A stretch of 64,000 nt of DNA. It comes from Alphaproteobacteria bacterium (lineage in GTDB: Bacteria > Pseudomonadota > Alphaproteobacteria > Rs-D84). The stretch lies in contig JAFRSV010000012.1 in assembly GCA_017427405.1 (NCBI GenBank), forward strand, positions 5,103 through 69,102. The letters are read 5' to 3'. Positions 9,297 through 18,934 of this stretch are shown here, one piece after another (the stretch's first letter is position 1; the number at the start of each line of letters is the position of its first letter). The notes under the pieces are model-generated. The model made no database searches. It saw nothing but the letters and a program-made list of their open reading frames with translations, and was not told the origin of the DNA. The position numbers and the translations under genes are program-made.

Positions 9297-10670
9297 ATGA
9301 CAAGATTTACAAAAATAACTGCTTCGATTGGTCCAAGTTGCGAAAGTCCGGCCGTTTTGCGAAAAATGATTTTGGCGGGCGTAAATGTGTGCCGTATGAA
9401 TTTTAGTCACGATACTGGCGACGCCCAGGGTAAAAAAATTGACGCGATTCGTAAAATATCGGCGGAATTAAATATGCCCGTGGGGGTGTTGGTTGATTTG
9501 CAGGGGCCAAAGCACCGAATCGGTAATTTCAAAACCGAAGAAAAATATCCAATTTCGGTGGGACAAACATTTGTTTTTGATTCTGACTCTGCGCCGGGTG
9601 ATTCGCGGCGTGTGCAATTGCCGGATGCGGATGTTATGCGTTCGTTGCATGTCGGTGAAAGAATTTTGTTAAATGACGGAAAAATCGAAATGCAGGTGAC
9701 CGAAGTTTTACCCGATTCGGTTAAAACCAAGGTAATTCGCGGAACGGAAATTTGGTCGCGTCGCGGATTTAACTTGCCGGATACAATTGTTGATACATCG
9801 GTTTTAACCGAAAAGGATAGGGCGGATTTAGAATATGCTTTACCTAAAAATCCGGATTGGGTGGCGGTTTCTTTTGTGCAACGGCCCGAAGATATTGCCG
9901 AAGTTCGTGATTTTATTACCGCGCATACCGCACGCCCAGTAAAAATAATGGCAAAAATAGAACGCAAAAGCGCGGTTGAACAAATTGATGAAATTGCGCG
10001 CGCGGCGGACGGAATTATGATTGCGCGTGGGGATATGGCGGTTGAATTGCCTTTTGAACAAGTGCCGGCGATTTCACGACATATTATACGCGAATGTCGG
10101 CGATTAAATCGACCGGTCGTTATGGCAACACAAATGCTGGGGTCGATGGTGGAAAGTGAATTTCCAACGCGTGCGGAAATAAGTGATGTCGCAAATGCCG
10201 CGTATTTGCGCGTGGATTCGACAATGACATCCGAAGAAACAACTATTGGTGCGAATCCGTTAAATGTTATTGAAACAATGGCAAAGATTTTAGGTTATTC
10301 GGACGACGATGCGATGGCAAATCCAAATGATTGGGTTCGTGCGGAAAATCCGTCGGATAATAATGATTGGTCGCGGTCGGTGTCTTCGATGGCGTACCTT
10401 AATAAAGCAAGTGCGATAATTGTTTTTGCACGTGACACCGAATCGGTAATAAAGATTTCTTGTCGGCGGCCGGATACAAAAGTTATTGCCGTGTGTGATG
10501 ATGAAATTGTTGCAAATCAACTTTGTTTGGTGCGTGGTGTGTTTCCGGTCTATACGCCGGATTTATTCGCACAGCGTGATTTTGTTGCCGTTGCGCATAA
10601 TGTCGATATTATGCACGGAAATATCGTTGTTGTTGATGGTGAAAATGTAAGTTTGCAAAATCTTGATTAA
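9297..10670 (+). CDS. pyk: Pyruvate kinase
   Basis: CRMNFSHD, DLQGPKHR, MAKIERKSAV, IMIARGDMAVE and MATQML motifs. Confidence 0.95.
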   Translation: MTRFTKITASIGPSCESPAVLRKMILAGVNVCRMNFSHDTGDAQGKKIDAIRKISAELNMPVGVLVDLQGPKHRIGNFKTEEKYPISVGQTFVFDSDSAPGDSRRVQLPDADVMRSLHVGERILLNDGKIEMQVTEVLPDSVKTKVIRGTEIWSRRGFNLPDTIVDTSVLTEKDRADLEYALPKNPDWVAVSFVQRPEDIAEVRDFITAHTARPVKIMAKIERKSAVEQIDEIARAADGIMIARGDMAVELPFEQVPAISRHIIRECRRLNRPVVMATQMLGSMVESEFPTRAEISDVANAAYLRVDSTMTSEETTIGANPLNVIETMAKILGYSDDDAMANPNDWVRAENPSDNNDWSRSVSSMAYLNKASAIIVFARDTESVIKISCRRPDTKVIAVCDDEIVANQLCLVRGVFPVYTPDLFAQRDFVAVAHNVDIMHGNIVVVDGENVSLQNLD

Positions 10671-10673
10671 ATT

Positions 10674-10913
10674 TTATTGTTCAATCGGCGGAAAGCAATC
10701 GCCACCGGAATCAGGACAGCAATTCCAACCTAAATCGCCCATATCTGTATATGTTTCGCCCGGACAACAACCGTTTTTATCGGGGGTACACACAGGTTGT
10801 TCATGCTTTGATAAAATGCCGGTGATATTGTGTTTCATTACATATACCGTTGCAAACGCGGTTACAACACAGGTTATTATGCACGCAATAATAATTTTAT
10901 ATTTTGTTTTCAT
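10674..10913 (-). CDS. Small Cys-rich membrane-anchored or secreted protein (hypothetical)
   Basis: 79 aa with an N-terminal hydrophobic segment and 7 Cys in the C-terminal 45 aa. Packed between pyk and the lipoprotein gene. Confidence 0.4.
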   Translation of the reverse strand: MKTKYKIIIACIITCVVTAFATVYVMKHNITGILSKHEQPVCTPDKNGCCPGETYTDMGDLGWNCCPDSGGDCFPPIEQ

Positions 10914-10916
10914 TTC

Positions 10917-12548
10917 TTATTCCGTGATTTCAACCGAATCGATATATGTCCGACTTATGTTATCCAATGGGACGGGTTGATAATCTTCGGATGTTATAGA
11001 TTCAGAATCGTTTATTGGCAATATGGTTGATGTGTGGAATATCGGTTCGCTATTTTTTTGTGACGAATGATTTACGCCGTATGTTTTCGCGCTATATTTT
11101 CCACGAAAGCGTTCGGGTATCTTTATATAGTCCAATGGGTTCACACCGTCTGAATTCAAAGGCGCGCTTTCCGCCGCAGACATATGTGTTCCGCCCGTTC
11201 GGTATATCGGGACGGTGAACGCCGCTGGTTCGATGCGGGCGGTGGATGTTGTCCCATCACCATTAAGGCGCATAATGCGCAGTGCCCGTTCGTTTGTACC
11301 GTCGGTATGTAACCGGAACAGGCCGTTTATGCCGGTATAACCACTGGGGCTTGTTAAATGCGCGCGCGTGTCTTGGGGTGAATAAAGAGTTCCAATGGCA
11401 AGCATTGTTGCATCGTATCCGATAGTTGACATACGCGTTGGATATGTCCCAGTGGCGATTGAATACATGTTTCTAAAATCATCTGGAATGTCGGGTAATG
11501 TGGCGTATACGGCGCCGGTCATGGTTAAATCAGATGCGATATCACTATCTTCCCAAAGTGGGGTGCCATAGAATTTTACATCGCGCGTGCCGACACCATA
11601 ATAGCGCAAAAATGACGCAACAGATTTTGTATCGTTTCCGTCACCAAGGAATAAAATCGAATCGTATGGCAAATTGCCCAATGTGTCGACACGGTTCAAA
11701 TTTTCAAGTTGGCGCGATAACGAACGTTTTTCCGAACTACTTAAAATTTCATGATTTATTATCCCGGATAAAATTTCTTTGGCGCGTGTGTTTGCCGCAT
11801 TGCGTGCGTTATACATTGATGCCGACATTGCGGTTTCTTTTATCGAATCGGTATTTCGTTCGTCATAGTAAAATATGCCAACATTATTTATGTCGTAAAA
11901 GCCGGCAATTGCATCCGCGGCGCCCGCCATAACCGGACCAGATGTGTTGTTTGGTGCGATAACTATAAAGTTTTTTGCACCGTTTGCAGACATTTCAGCA
12001 ATTGCAGATTCAACAATGTTTGTTGGCATAACCGCCATACTGATTACACCATCGCCAACCGCAGATACATCAGATGTAAAAGACAGCGCCGGTATCGCAG
12101 ATGGCTTTTTATCACGCAGCAACCGCGCGTTGTCGGCGAACACCGGTCCGATAATCATTTCGGGGTTTGATGCCAATGCCCGTTCGATTGTTTCGCCTGT
12201 GTCGCCGGTGCCGGTGTCAAAAAAGTTTATTTGTAACCCATCGGGGGCAAATTGCATGGCCGCCGATTCAATACCCAAACGAATCGTTTTCCCGATTTTC
12301 GCATTTGCGCCACTTGTCGGAATAAGCACTGCGATACTATGCGATGCGTCGGGTGCGGAACCATACATCCCAAGGGAATATGTTCCGTATTGCAACTGGG
12401 TCGGTGCGGTGATTGGCACATCGGTGTATTCCGAACGCCACGCAGAACCCTTGTTGCCATGACACGATGAAAGTAGCACCGCAATACAAGTTAAACCAAA
12501 AATCTGTTTTATAATATGCATTGAAAAATCCATTTTATTCTGTATCAT
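10917..12548 (-). CDS. LpoA/LppC-like periplasmic-binding-fold lipoprotein
   Basis: Lipobox LLSSC after a signal peptide, followed by a Peripla_BP_6-like body. Alternative starts at 12533 and 12521. Confidence 0.65.
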   Translation of the reverse strand: MIQNKMDFSMHIIKQIFGLTCIAVLLSSCHGNKGSAWRSEYTDVPITAPTQLQYGTYSLGMYGSAPDASHSIAVLIPTSGANAKIGKTIRLGIESAAMQFAPDGLQINFFDTGTGDTGETIERALASNPEMIIGPVFADNARLLRDKKPSAIPALSFTSDVSAVGDGVISMAVMPTNIVESAIAEMSANGAKNFIVIAPNNTSGPVMAGAADAIAGFYDINNVGIFYYDERNTDSIKETAMSASMYNARNAANTRAKEILSGIINHEILSSSEKRSLSRQLENLNRVDTLGNLPYDSILFLGDGNDTKSVASFLRYYGVGTRDVKFYGTPLWEDSDIASDLTMTGAVYATLPDIPDDFRNMYSIATGTYPTRMSTIGYDATMLAIGTLYSPQDTRAHLTSPSGYTGINGLFRLHTDGTNERALRIMRLNGDGTTSTARIEPAAFTVPIYRTGGTHMSAAESAPLNSDGVNPLDYIKIPERFRGKYSAKTYGVNHSSQKNSEPIFHTSTILPINDSESITSEDYQPVPLDNISRTYIDSVEITE

Positions 12549-12569
12549 TTTACTACAAAGGATTCATAA

Positions 12570-13358
12570 ATGCAAACGGGGCTTTATATTGTTGGAACAC
12601 CTATTGGAAATCTGGGCGATATGTCGCCGCGGGCGGTGGATGTTTTGAAAAATGTTGATTTAATCGCCGCCGAAGATACACGGGTTTTTGCCAAAATTGC
12701 GTCACATTTTGATATAAAGACGCGGCGCGTGTCATGTCATGAACATAATGAACGGGATGTTGTTGGTGGATTGATAGAAAAAATTATGGGTGGCGAATCG
12801 GTTGCGGTTGTGACCGATGCGGGTATGCCGGGCGTCAGTGACCCGGGATACAGAATCGTGCGCGCGGCGCGTGACGCGGGTGTGCCGGTCTATGTTGTGC
12901 CGGGGCCGACGGCGGTTATATCGGCGTTGGTGCTGTCGGGGTTTCCGACAGACCGGTTTACATTTTGTGGCTTCTTTGATGAAAAGAAATTACGCGATGA
13001 TAATAAAATTCGGCATACGATTGTTTACTATGAAAGCCCGAATCGGATTATGAATACAATCGATACGATTGCGCGGGTTATGCCGGAACGGCAAATTGCG
13101 ATTGTGCGCGAAATTACAAAAATTCATGAACAGGCGATAATTGGGTATCCGGCGGAACTAAAAAATATCGAACCGCCACGTGGGGAAATTGTTATTGTGG
13201 TTGCGCCGGCACCGGAACACAAAATGTCTGATGCGGAAATATCGGAAATTGTGAACGATGTCGTTGCAAATTCAACCAAGGCCGCGGCAAGCGATTTGGC
13301 GGCGCGTGCGGGGATTTCAAAAAAAGAAGCCTATCGCCGTTTGGTTAAAAAGGATTAA
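12570..13358 (+). CDS. rsmI: 16S rRNA (cytidine1402-2'-O)-methyltransferase RsmI
   Basis: LYIVGTPIGNLGDMSPRA, AEDTR and YESPNR motifs. Confidence 0.9.
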   Translation: MQTGLYIVGTPIGNLGDMSPRAVDVLKNVDLIAAEDTRVFAKIASHFDIKTRRVSCHEHNERDVVGGLIEKIMGGESVAVVTDAGMPGVSDPGYRIVRAARDAGVPVYVVPGPTAVISALVLSGFPTDRFTFCGFFDEKKLRDDNKIRHTIVYYESPNRIMNTIDTIARVMPERQIAIVREITKIHEQAIIGYPAELKNIEPPRGEIVIVVAPAPEHKMSDAEISEIVNDVVANSTKAAASDLAARAGISKKEAYRRLVKKD

Positions 13359-13363
13359 AGCAT

Positions 13364-13918
13364 ATGATAAAATTTGTTGGTGGTTTTGAAAATGTACGCG
13401 ATTTGCCACAAACGCAATTTCCGGAATATGCGTTTGCGGGACGCAGTAATGTTGGAAAATCATCACTGATAAATGCGGTGCTGGGGCAAAATGTTGCGCG
13501 AACATCAAATACGCCGGGGCGGACACAGACACTGAATATGTTTAATGTGGATGATAAAATTATAATTCTTGATTTGCCGGGGTATGGTTATGCGCGTGTG
13601 TCGCGTGCGGATGCGGCGCGGTGGATGATGCGATTCCAAGAATATATTATGACGCGGCGACAATTAAAGCGGTTGTTTATTTTGATTGATTCGCGTGTTG
13701 GGGCGCGTCCGTCGGATACGGAACTTATGGAATTTTGTGATGCAAACGGGATATCCTATCAAATCGTTTATACGAAAAAGGATAAACGGGTGCGCGAAAA
13801 AGACCAGGTTATGATTTGTGCAACCGAACATTCGGCGATGGTTGATGATATTGTTGAAACATCCGCCGAAAAAAAATATGGTATTGATAACCTAAGGGCG
13901 ATAATTGGTATCAAATAA
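13364..13918 (+). CDS. engB: Ribosome biogenesis GTPase YihA/EngB
   Basis: GRSNVGKSSLIN (G1), DLPGYG (G3) and TKKDK (G4). Confidence 0.9.
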   Translation: MIKFVGGFENVRDLPQTQFPEYAFAGRSNVGKSSLINAVLGQNVARTSNTPGRTQTLNMFNVDDKIIILDLPGYGYARVSRADAARWMMRFQEYIMTRRQLKRLFILIDSRVGARPSDTELMEFCDANGISYQIVYTKKDKRVREKDQVMICATEHSAMVDDIVETSAEKKYGIDNLRAIIGIK

Positions 13919-16430
13919 AAATATCTTTTGTGTTTCGAATCCGGCAAAGATTTTGGACGGTCTTTGGCGGATTATAAATGATTCCGGTATTGATTTGACG
14001 GATATGCTGATTTTCTTGCCGAATCGGCGGGCGGTGCGCAGTGTTGAAAAAATGATTGTTGATAAAGTTGGACATGCGACACTTTTGCCGCGATTGGTGC
14101 CACTGGGCGAAGGCGTTGAAGATGTTGATTCGGATGATGAAAAATTTGGAACCGTTTCAACATTGGAACGCGTTGTCGCAACCGCGTATTTATTGGCGTC
14201 AATTCCGACAATTAAAAATATATCAAATGCGTTGCCGGTTGCCCGAACACTGATTACTATGCAAGATTATTTGGAAAACAGTTCTGTTGATATTGCCGAT
14301 ATTGATTGGACAACATTGGTTGATGATAAATATGCAAAACATTTTCAAGACAAAGCGCAAATTTTATCGGTGCTGTCGCGTGTGCAAAATGAAATTTTTG
14401 GGGGGCGTGATACGGAAACAAAACGCCGGAATTCCGATGTATACGCGTGGTGTGATTATGTAAAAAATATGGATGCGAATAAATCGTTGGTTGTTGTTTG
14501 TGGGTCAACCGCAAGTGTTCCCGTCACGCGTGATTTAATGTCGGTGATTGCATCATTGCCAAACGGGCGAATAATTTTGCCGGGGCGGATTTCCGGGCAA
14601 AAGGAAGATTTCAAATTGGATACAAACCCGTATAATTCAGAATATAAATTTTTGTCGGCAATCGGTGTTGATGTATCAGATGTCCAAGAAATTGATGTCG
14701 GCGCGTCACATATTGATTTTATGAATACGGCGTTTTCCAATGTATACAGCGATTTAAATGATTGTGATTTATCGAATTGTCATTTAATAGAGGCCGCGCG
14801 TGAATCCGAAGAAGCGGCCGTCGTCGCCGAAATTACGGCGCGTGCAATTCGCGACAAAAAAACGGTTTTAATTATAACGCCCGATGCGGCGGGAAACCAA
14901 CGATTAAAAACTGAATTTGAACGCCGAAACATTGATGCGGATTTTTCGGGTGGCCTGTCCGGCACAATGACCGCGGCGGGGCGTGCGATTTTGAATTTGT
15001 TTGATGATTGGATTGAAAATGGCACTAATTATTTTGAAGAAATTTATTCGCGTAATAATTTTAATCTGTTTGATACGGTTGCGGAAATTGTTGATAAATA
15101 TGATGAAAGTTTTGCACCGCAGTTTGATGTTGAAAATCCTGAATCTGTTGTGGTCTGGACGGCGATAAAAAAACTTTCCGATTGTTTGATGGGTAAGAGT
15201 ATACAGGTTAGTTTGACCGATGCGCGCGCATTTATTGCGGATGCAATTGGTGGTGTTCGTGTGCGACCGCCGATGAATGACGCGACAAATGTTTGTGTTT
15301 TGGGAACAATAGAATCGCGTATGCAAACGGCGGACGTGGTTATACTTACCGGATTGAACGAAGGTATGTTTCCGGCAACCGGATATGAAAACCCATGGTT
15401 GCCACGGCAAATATCAAATCAAATTGGGTTGCCGTCACCGAATCACAAGGTGTCACTGATGGCACTTGATTTTATGAATTTGTCGTGTGGACCAGAGGTT
15501 TATTGGACACGAAGTCGTGTGTCTGGTGGTGTTCAAACCCAGGAATCAAGATTTCTTTCGCGTGTGGTTGTTGCGCGTGGTCGCTTTGATACAGACGTGG
15601 CAAGTGATATATTGACCGCCGTGCGTTCGCGTGATGTGGTCGAATTTAATCCGTTATGCTATGCTAACCCGCAACCGCCAGCCGATTGGAAAGATGTATA
15701 TGTCACAAGGTTGGAATTGTTGATACACAATCCGTATGCGTTCTATGTGCAGAATATATTGCGGTTGCGTCGAATGAATGATTATTGGGTTGGTGCCGAT
15801 GTGCGTGATTTTGGAACACTGGTGCATAGCGTTTTGGAAGTTGCACCAACGAATGCGACCGAACAGTGGCTGGTTGCGGAAATGGACAGGCGCGCCATAG
15901 ATGCCTTGGGACGGCAAAATTTGATATTTTATTTCTGGCATCGGCGGTTCATGGAAATTGCGCCGGTTGCACTTCAAATGTTGCGCGAAACGGATGGCGC
16001 GCTTGTTGAAATTGAAGGTGTGGTGAATATCGCCGGACGCAATGTTCGTGCGCGTGCCGACCGAATTTGGGATGGTGGCGTTTTGGATATTAAAACGGGT
16101 GCCGCACCAAGTAAAAAGCAATTGGCCGACGGAACAATGCCACAATTACCGTTAGAGGCGTATATGTTGCAAAAACATGGTTTTCGTTTTCGGACAACGG
16201 TCAAAAGTGAAACGCCAATTATGCAGTTTTTGCAACTTAAATCCGGGGACGCAAGGATTATAAATTTTGATGTCGAAGAGACCGCAACCGCAATAAATGC
16301 AGCGTATAGCAAGGTCAAAGAATTATTTAATATGTATTCGGCGGGTGGGGCGGAATATGAATATCGCCGAACCGGTGAACAAAAATATCAAGAATACGAT
16401 GACTTTGCGCGGGCAGATGAACGCGATTAA
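13905..16430 (+). CDS. addB: Double-strand break repair protein AddB (alphaproteobacterial type, short at 841 aa)
   Basis: N-terminal LIFLPNRRAVRSVE pattern and a C-terminal PD-(D/E)xK-like ARADRI...LDIKTG...PQLPLEAYML. Confidence 0.75.
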   Translation: MVSNKNIFCVSNPAKILDGLWRIINDSGIDLTDMLIFLPNRRAVRSVEKMIVDKVGHATLLPRLVPLGEGVEDVDSDDEKFGTVSTLERVVATAYLLASIPTIKNISNALPVARTLITMQDYLENSSVDIADIDWTTLVDDKYAKHFQDKAQILSVLSRVQNEIFGGRDTETKRRNSDVYAWCDYVKNMDANKSLVVVCGSTASVPVTRDLMSVIASLPNGRIILPGRISGQKEDFKLDTNPYNSEYKFLSAIGVDVSDVQEIDVGASHIDFMNTAFSNVYSDLNDCDLSNCHLIEAARESEEAAVVAEITARAIRDKKTVLIITPDAAGNQRLKTEFERRNIDADFSGGLSGTMTAAGRAILNLFDDWIENGTNYFEEIYSRNNFNLFDTVAEIVDKYDESFAPQFDVENPESVVVWTAIKKLSDCLMGKSIQVSLTDARAFIADAIGGVRVRPPMNDATNVCVLGTIESRMQTADVVILTGLNEGMFPATGYENPWLPRQISNQIGLPSPNHKVSLMALDFMNLSCGPEVYWTRSRVSGGVQTQESRFLSRVVVARGRFDTDVASDILTAVRSRDVVEFNPLCYANPQPPADWKDVYVTRLELLIHNPYAFYVQNILRLRRMNDYWVGADVRDFGTLVHSVLEVAPTNATEQWLVAEMDRRAIDALGRQNLIFYFWHRRFMEIAPVALQMLRETDGALVEIEGVVNIAGRNVRARADRIWDGGVLDIKTGAAPSKKQLADGTMPQLPLEAYMLQKHGFRFRTTVKSETPIMQFLQLKSGDARIINFDVEETATAINAAYSKVKELFNMYSAGGAEYEYRRTGEQKYQEYDDFARADERD

Positions 16431-17194
16431 TCGATTTTAATCATTAGTCCGCAATGGTCGGTTGGTTTTTCACCACTGCGTGGGGCGGTGTCGATTTCAC
16501 ACTTTGTAATCATTTTTTCTGCGGTTTTGTTCGCCATAAAATAGTCAAGGCGCAGACCGTGTTTGTTTTCAAAACTGCGTTGGCGATAACCATACCAAGT
16601 GTATCCGATTTCATCGGGGTGCATTTTTCGCCACATGTCGGTCCAACCATCATCAAACCACCCTTGTAAAATTTCGCGTGCCGCGGGGGCGGAAATACTG
16701 GACCCCACATAGTTTTCCGGTTTCCAAATATCACGGTCGGCAATTGCCACATTAAAATCGCCGCCGATTATTACCGCTTCGGGTGAATCAATGTATTGTT
16801 TTATGTATTCGCCAAATGCGCGCATCCAATCAATTTTATATTCGAACTTTGGTGATGTTTCAGATTCGCCGTTCGGCATATATACGTTTATAACACGGAT
16901 GCGACCGTCAATTACCGTTTCCAAAAATCGCGCGTTTATATCGGTATAGTTCGGTATTCCGCGGACGGTGTCTTCGATAGAAAATTTTGAAAAGGTCGCG
17001 ACGCCGTTCCAACTTTTTTGTCCAAAAACCTTTATGTTGTATCCGTATTCTTCGAATATATTATGCGGAAAACCGGCGGTTTCAACCTTTAATTCTTGGA
17101 CCAAGATTGTGTCATATTCGCCCGATTCAAGGATTTTTATAAAACTTTCCGCGTGGGCGCGAATCGAATTGATATTGATGGTTAGTATTTTCAT
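16427..17194 (-). CDS. xthA: Exodeoxyribonuclease III
   Basis: MKILTININSIRA, VQELK, GDFNV and a C-terminal PTDHCGL. The start at 17194 has an AAGGAAAG RBS. The upstream ORF extension to 17545 is spurious. Confidence 0.9.
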   Translation of the reverse strand: MKILTININSIRAHAESFIKILESGEYDTILVQELKVETAGFPHNIFEEYGYNIKVFGQKSWNGVATFSKFSIEDTVRGIPNYTDINARFLETVIDGRIRVINVYMPNGESETSPKFEYKIDWMRAFGEYIKQYIDSPEAVIIGGDFNVAIADRDIWKPENYVGSSISAPAAREILQGWFDDGWTDMWRKMHPDEIGYTWYGYRQRSFENKHGLRLDYFMANKTAEKMITKCEIDTAPRSGEKPTDHCGLMIKID

Positions 17195-17263
17195 ATTTGC
17201 AATCTTTCCTTTTATGGGTATAATAACCTTAATAAATTGTAAAAACAACAAGGATTTTGAATC

Positions 17264-18847
17264 ATGAACAGTATGTTTCAATTTTTGGAAAGGGCGGTTG
17301 AAAAATGGCCGAACGGCATTTATTTGGTGCGTGAAAATGTGACATTTTCGGACTTTATGAAAATGGTTCGTGCGCGTGCGGCGACACTTTCCGCACTTGG
17401 GGTGGGGGCCGGCGATGTCGTTGGAATTTTGTCGCATAATATACCGGCGTTTCCAATAACGCTGTTTGCAATTTGGTTTTTGGGTGGAACGGTGCTGTTG
17501 CTGGATACGAATTTGACGCCGTTCGAATACGATAACATGGCCCAAATTACAAAGTGTAAATTCGTTTGTGCGGAAAAATCGTTCTTTTATAAAACCGATG
17601 TGTTTCAGTTTTTTGATATCACGACCGCGGATGCGGGTGAAAATCCCGATTTGAAACCGGCGGAATTAAAGCCGGCGGATATCGCGACATTGTCGTTTAC
17701 GTCGGGTTCGACCGGCACGCCAAAGGTTGTGCCACTTTCGCACTATAATTTGTTGGAATGTGCAAATTCATTGTTGGATATGCGCGAATGGTTTGAGGTT
17801 GGCGATGTCATGTATGGATTTTTGCCGATGTATCATATTTTCGGGTTTGCGGTGGAAATACTTGCAACATTGCAATATGGCGCGGGGGTGTTGTTGCAAC
17901 CGACCGTCAATCCAAAGGAAATCTTGGCGGATTTCAAACGCTATCGTCCACATGTGATTCCGGCGGTCCCAAGATTGTTTGAGGTTTTTCGTAACAAAAT
18001 CATCGATGGAATAAAGGCACAGCATAAATGGTGGCTGTTTTCGTTCGTGTTGAAAAATGCAGATTTGTTAAAGAAAATCGGCCTGCGTAAATTGGTGGAT
18101 GCGGCGTTTCGTCCGGTGTTGGATGTGTTTGGGGGGCGCGTAAAATTGCTGATTGCGGGTGGTGCGGCGACAAAGCCCGAAATTGAAAATTTCTTTGTCG
18201 CGCTGGGCCTTGGGTTTATTCAGGGTTATGGTATGACCGAAACGGTTGGGCCGATTTGTATTTCCAAACCGTGCAAGGGTCGAATCCCATTTGCATTTGG
18301 CGCACCAACCACGAATAACGAGGTTGAAATCCGTGATAAAAATGAAGACGGTGTTGGTATTTTATGGCTGCGCGGGAATCAGATTTTTAATGGGTATCTA
18401 AATAATGACGATGCGAATAAACAGGCGTTCGATGACCGCGGATTCTTTAACACCGGCGATATGGTGTCGATGGATAAAAACGGCGAATTGCACTTTGCTG
18501 GTCGCAAGAAACAGGTGATTGTTTTGGACAGTGGTAAAAATGTTTATCCGGATGAGTTGGAAGGTTTGTTCATAAATATCCCGGGGGTAAAAAATGTTGC
18601 GGTGTTTGAACACAAGGTAAAAGATAAAACTGTTTCGTATGGTGTGTTCAGTGTTGATAAAGATATGACGATGGAAAAACTGTCTGCGGCAATTGCGGCG
18701 GCGAATAAAAAGGTCGCGTCCTATAAATGGGTGACGCACTTTGCGATGACAACCGAAGATTTGCCGATGACCAGCACGCAAAAGGTCAAACACCACATTG
18801 TCCGTCAGAATTTGATTGATGGGAAATATCCGGATAGGAAAGAGTGA
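17264..18847 (+). CDS. AMP-dependent acyl-CoA synthetase/ligase
   Basis: SFTSGSTGTPKVV AMP-binding signature, GYGMTET, NTGD. Confidence 0.85.
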   Translation: MNSMFQFLERAVEKWPNGIYLVRENVTFSDFMKMVRARAATLSALGVGAGDVVGILSHNIPAFPITLFAIWFLGGTVLLLDTNLTPFEYDNMAQITKCKFVCAEKSFFYKTDVFQFFDITTADAGENPDLKPAELKPADIATLSFTSGSTGTPKVVPLSHYNLLECANSLLDMREWFEVGDVMYGFLPMYHIFGFAVEILATLQYGAGVLLQPTVNPKEILADFKRYRPHVIPAVPRLFEVFRNKIIDGIKAQHKWWLFSFVLKNADLLKKIGLRKLVDAAFRPVLDVFGGRVKLLIAGGAATKPEIENFFVALGLGFIQGYGMTETVGPICISKPCKGRIPFAFGAPTTNNEVEIRDKNEDGVGILWLRGNQIFNGYLNNDDANKQAFDDRGFFNTGDMVSMDKNGELHFAGRKKQVIVLDSGKNVYPDELEGLFINIPGVKNVAVFEHKVKDKTVSYGVFSVDKDMTMEKLSAAIAAANKKVASYKWVTHFAMTTEDLPMTSTQKVKHHIVRQNLIDGKYPDRKE

Positions 18848-18931
18848 TTAGTGTAAGTGGCTAGTGGTTAGTTATAAAAAACGGGTGCATTCGCACCCGC
18901 ACTAACCGCTTACACTAACACTAACCACTAA
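18848..18931. repeat. Imperfect 84-nt palindrome with two inverted stop-codon-rich heads flanking a GC hairpin, between convergent genes
   Basis: ttagtgtaagtggctagtggttagt ... GGGTGCattcGCACCC (18883..18898) ... actaaccgcttacactaacactaaccactaa. The A-run on the left acts as a T-run for mnmE transcripts. Confidence 0.8.
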
Positions 18932-18934
18932 TAA

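Noticed and set aside
16427-17545. Long 372-aa version of the exonuclease III ORF
   Set aside because: The N-terminal 117 codons are basic low-complexity sequence overlapping the acyl-CoA ligase gene on the other strand. The conserved Xth sequence and a good RBS begin at 17194.
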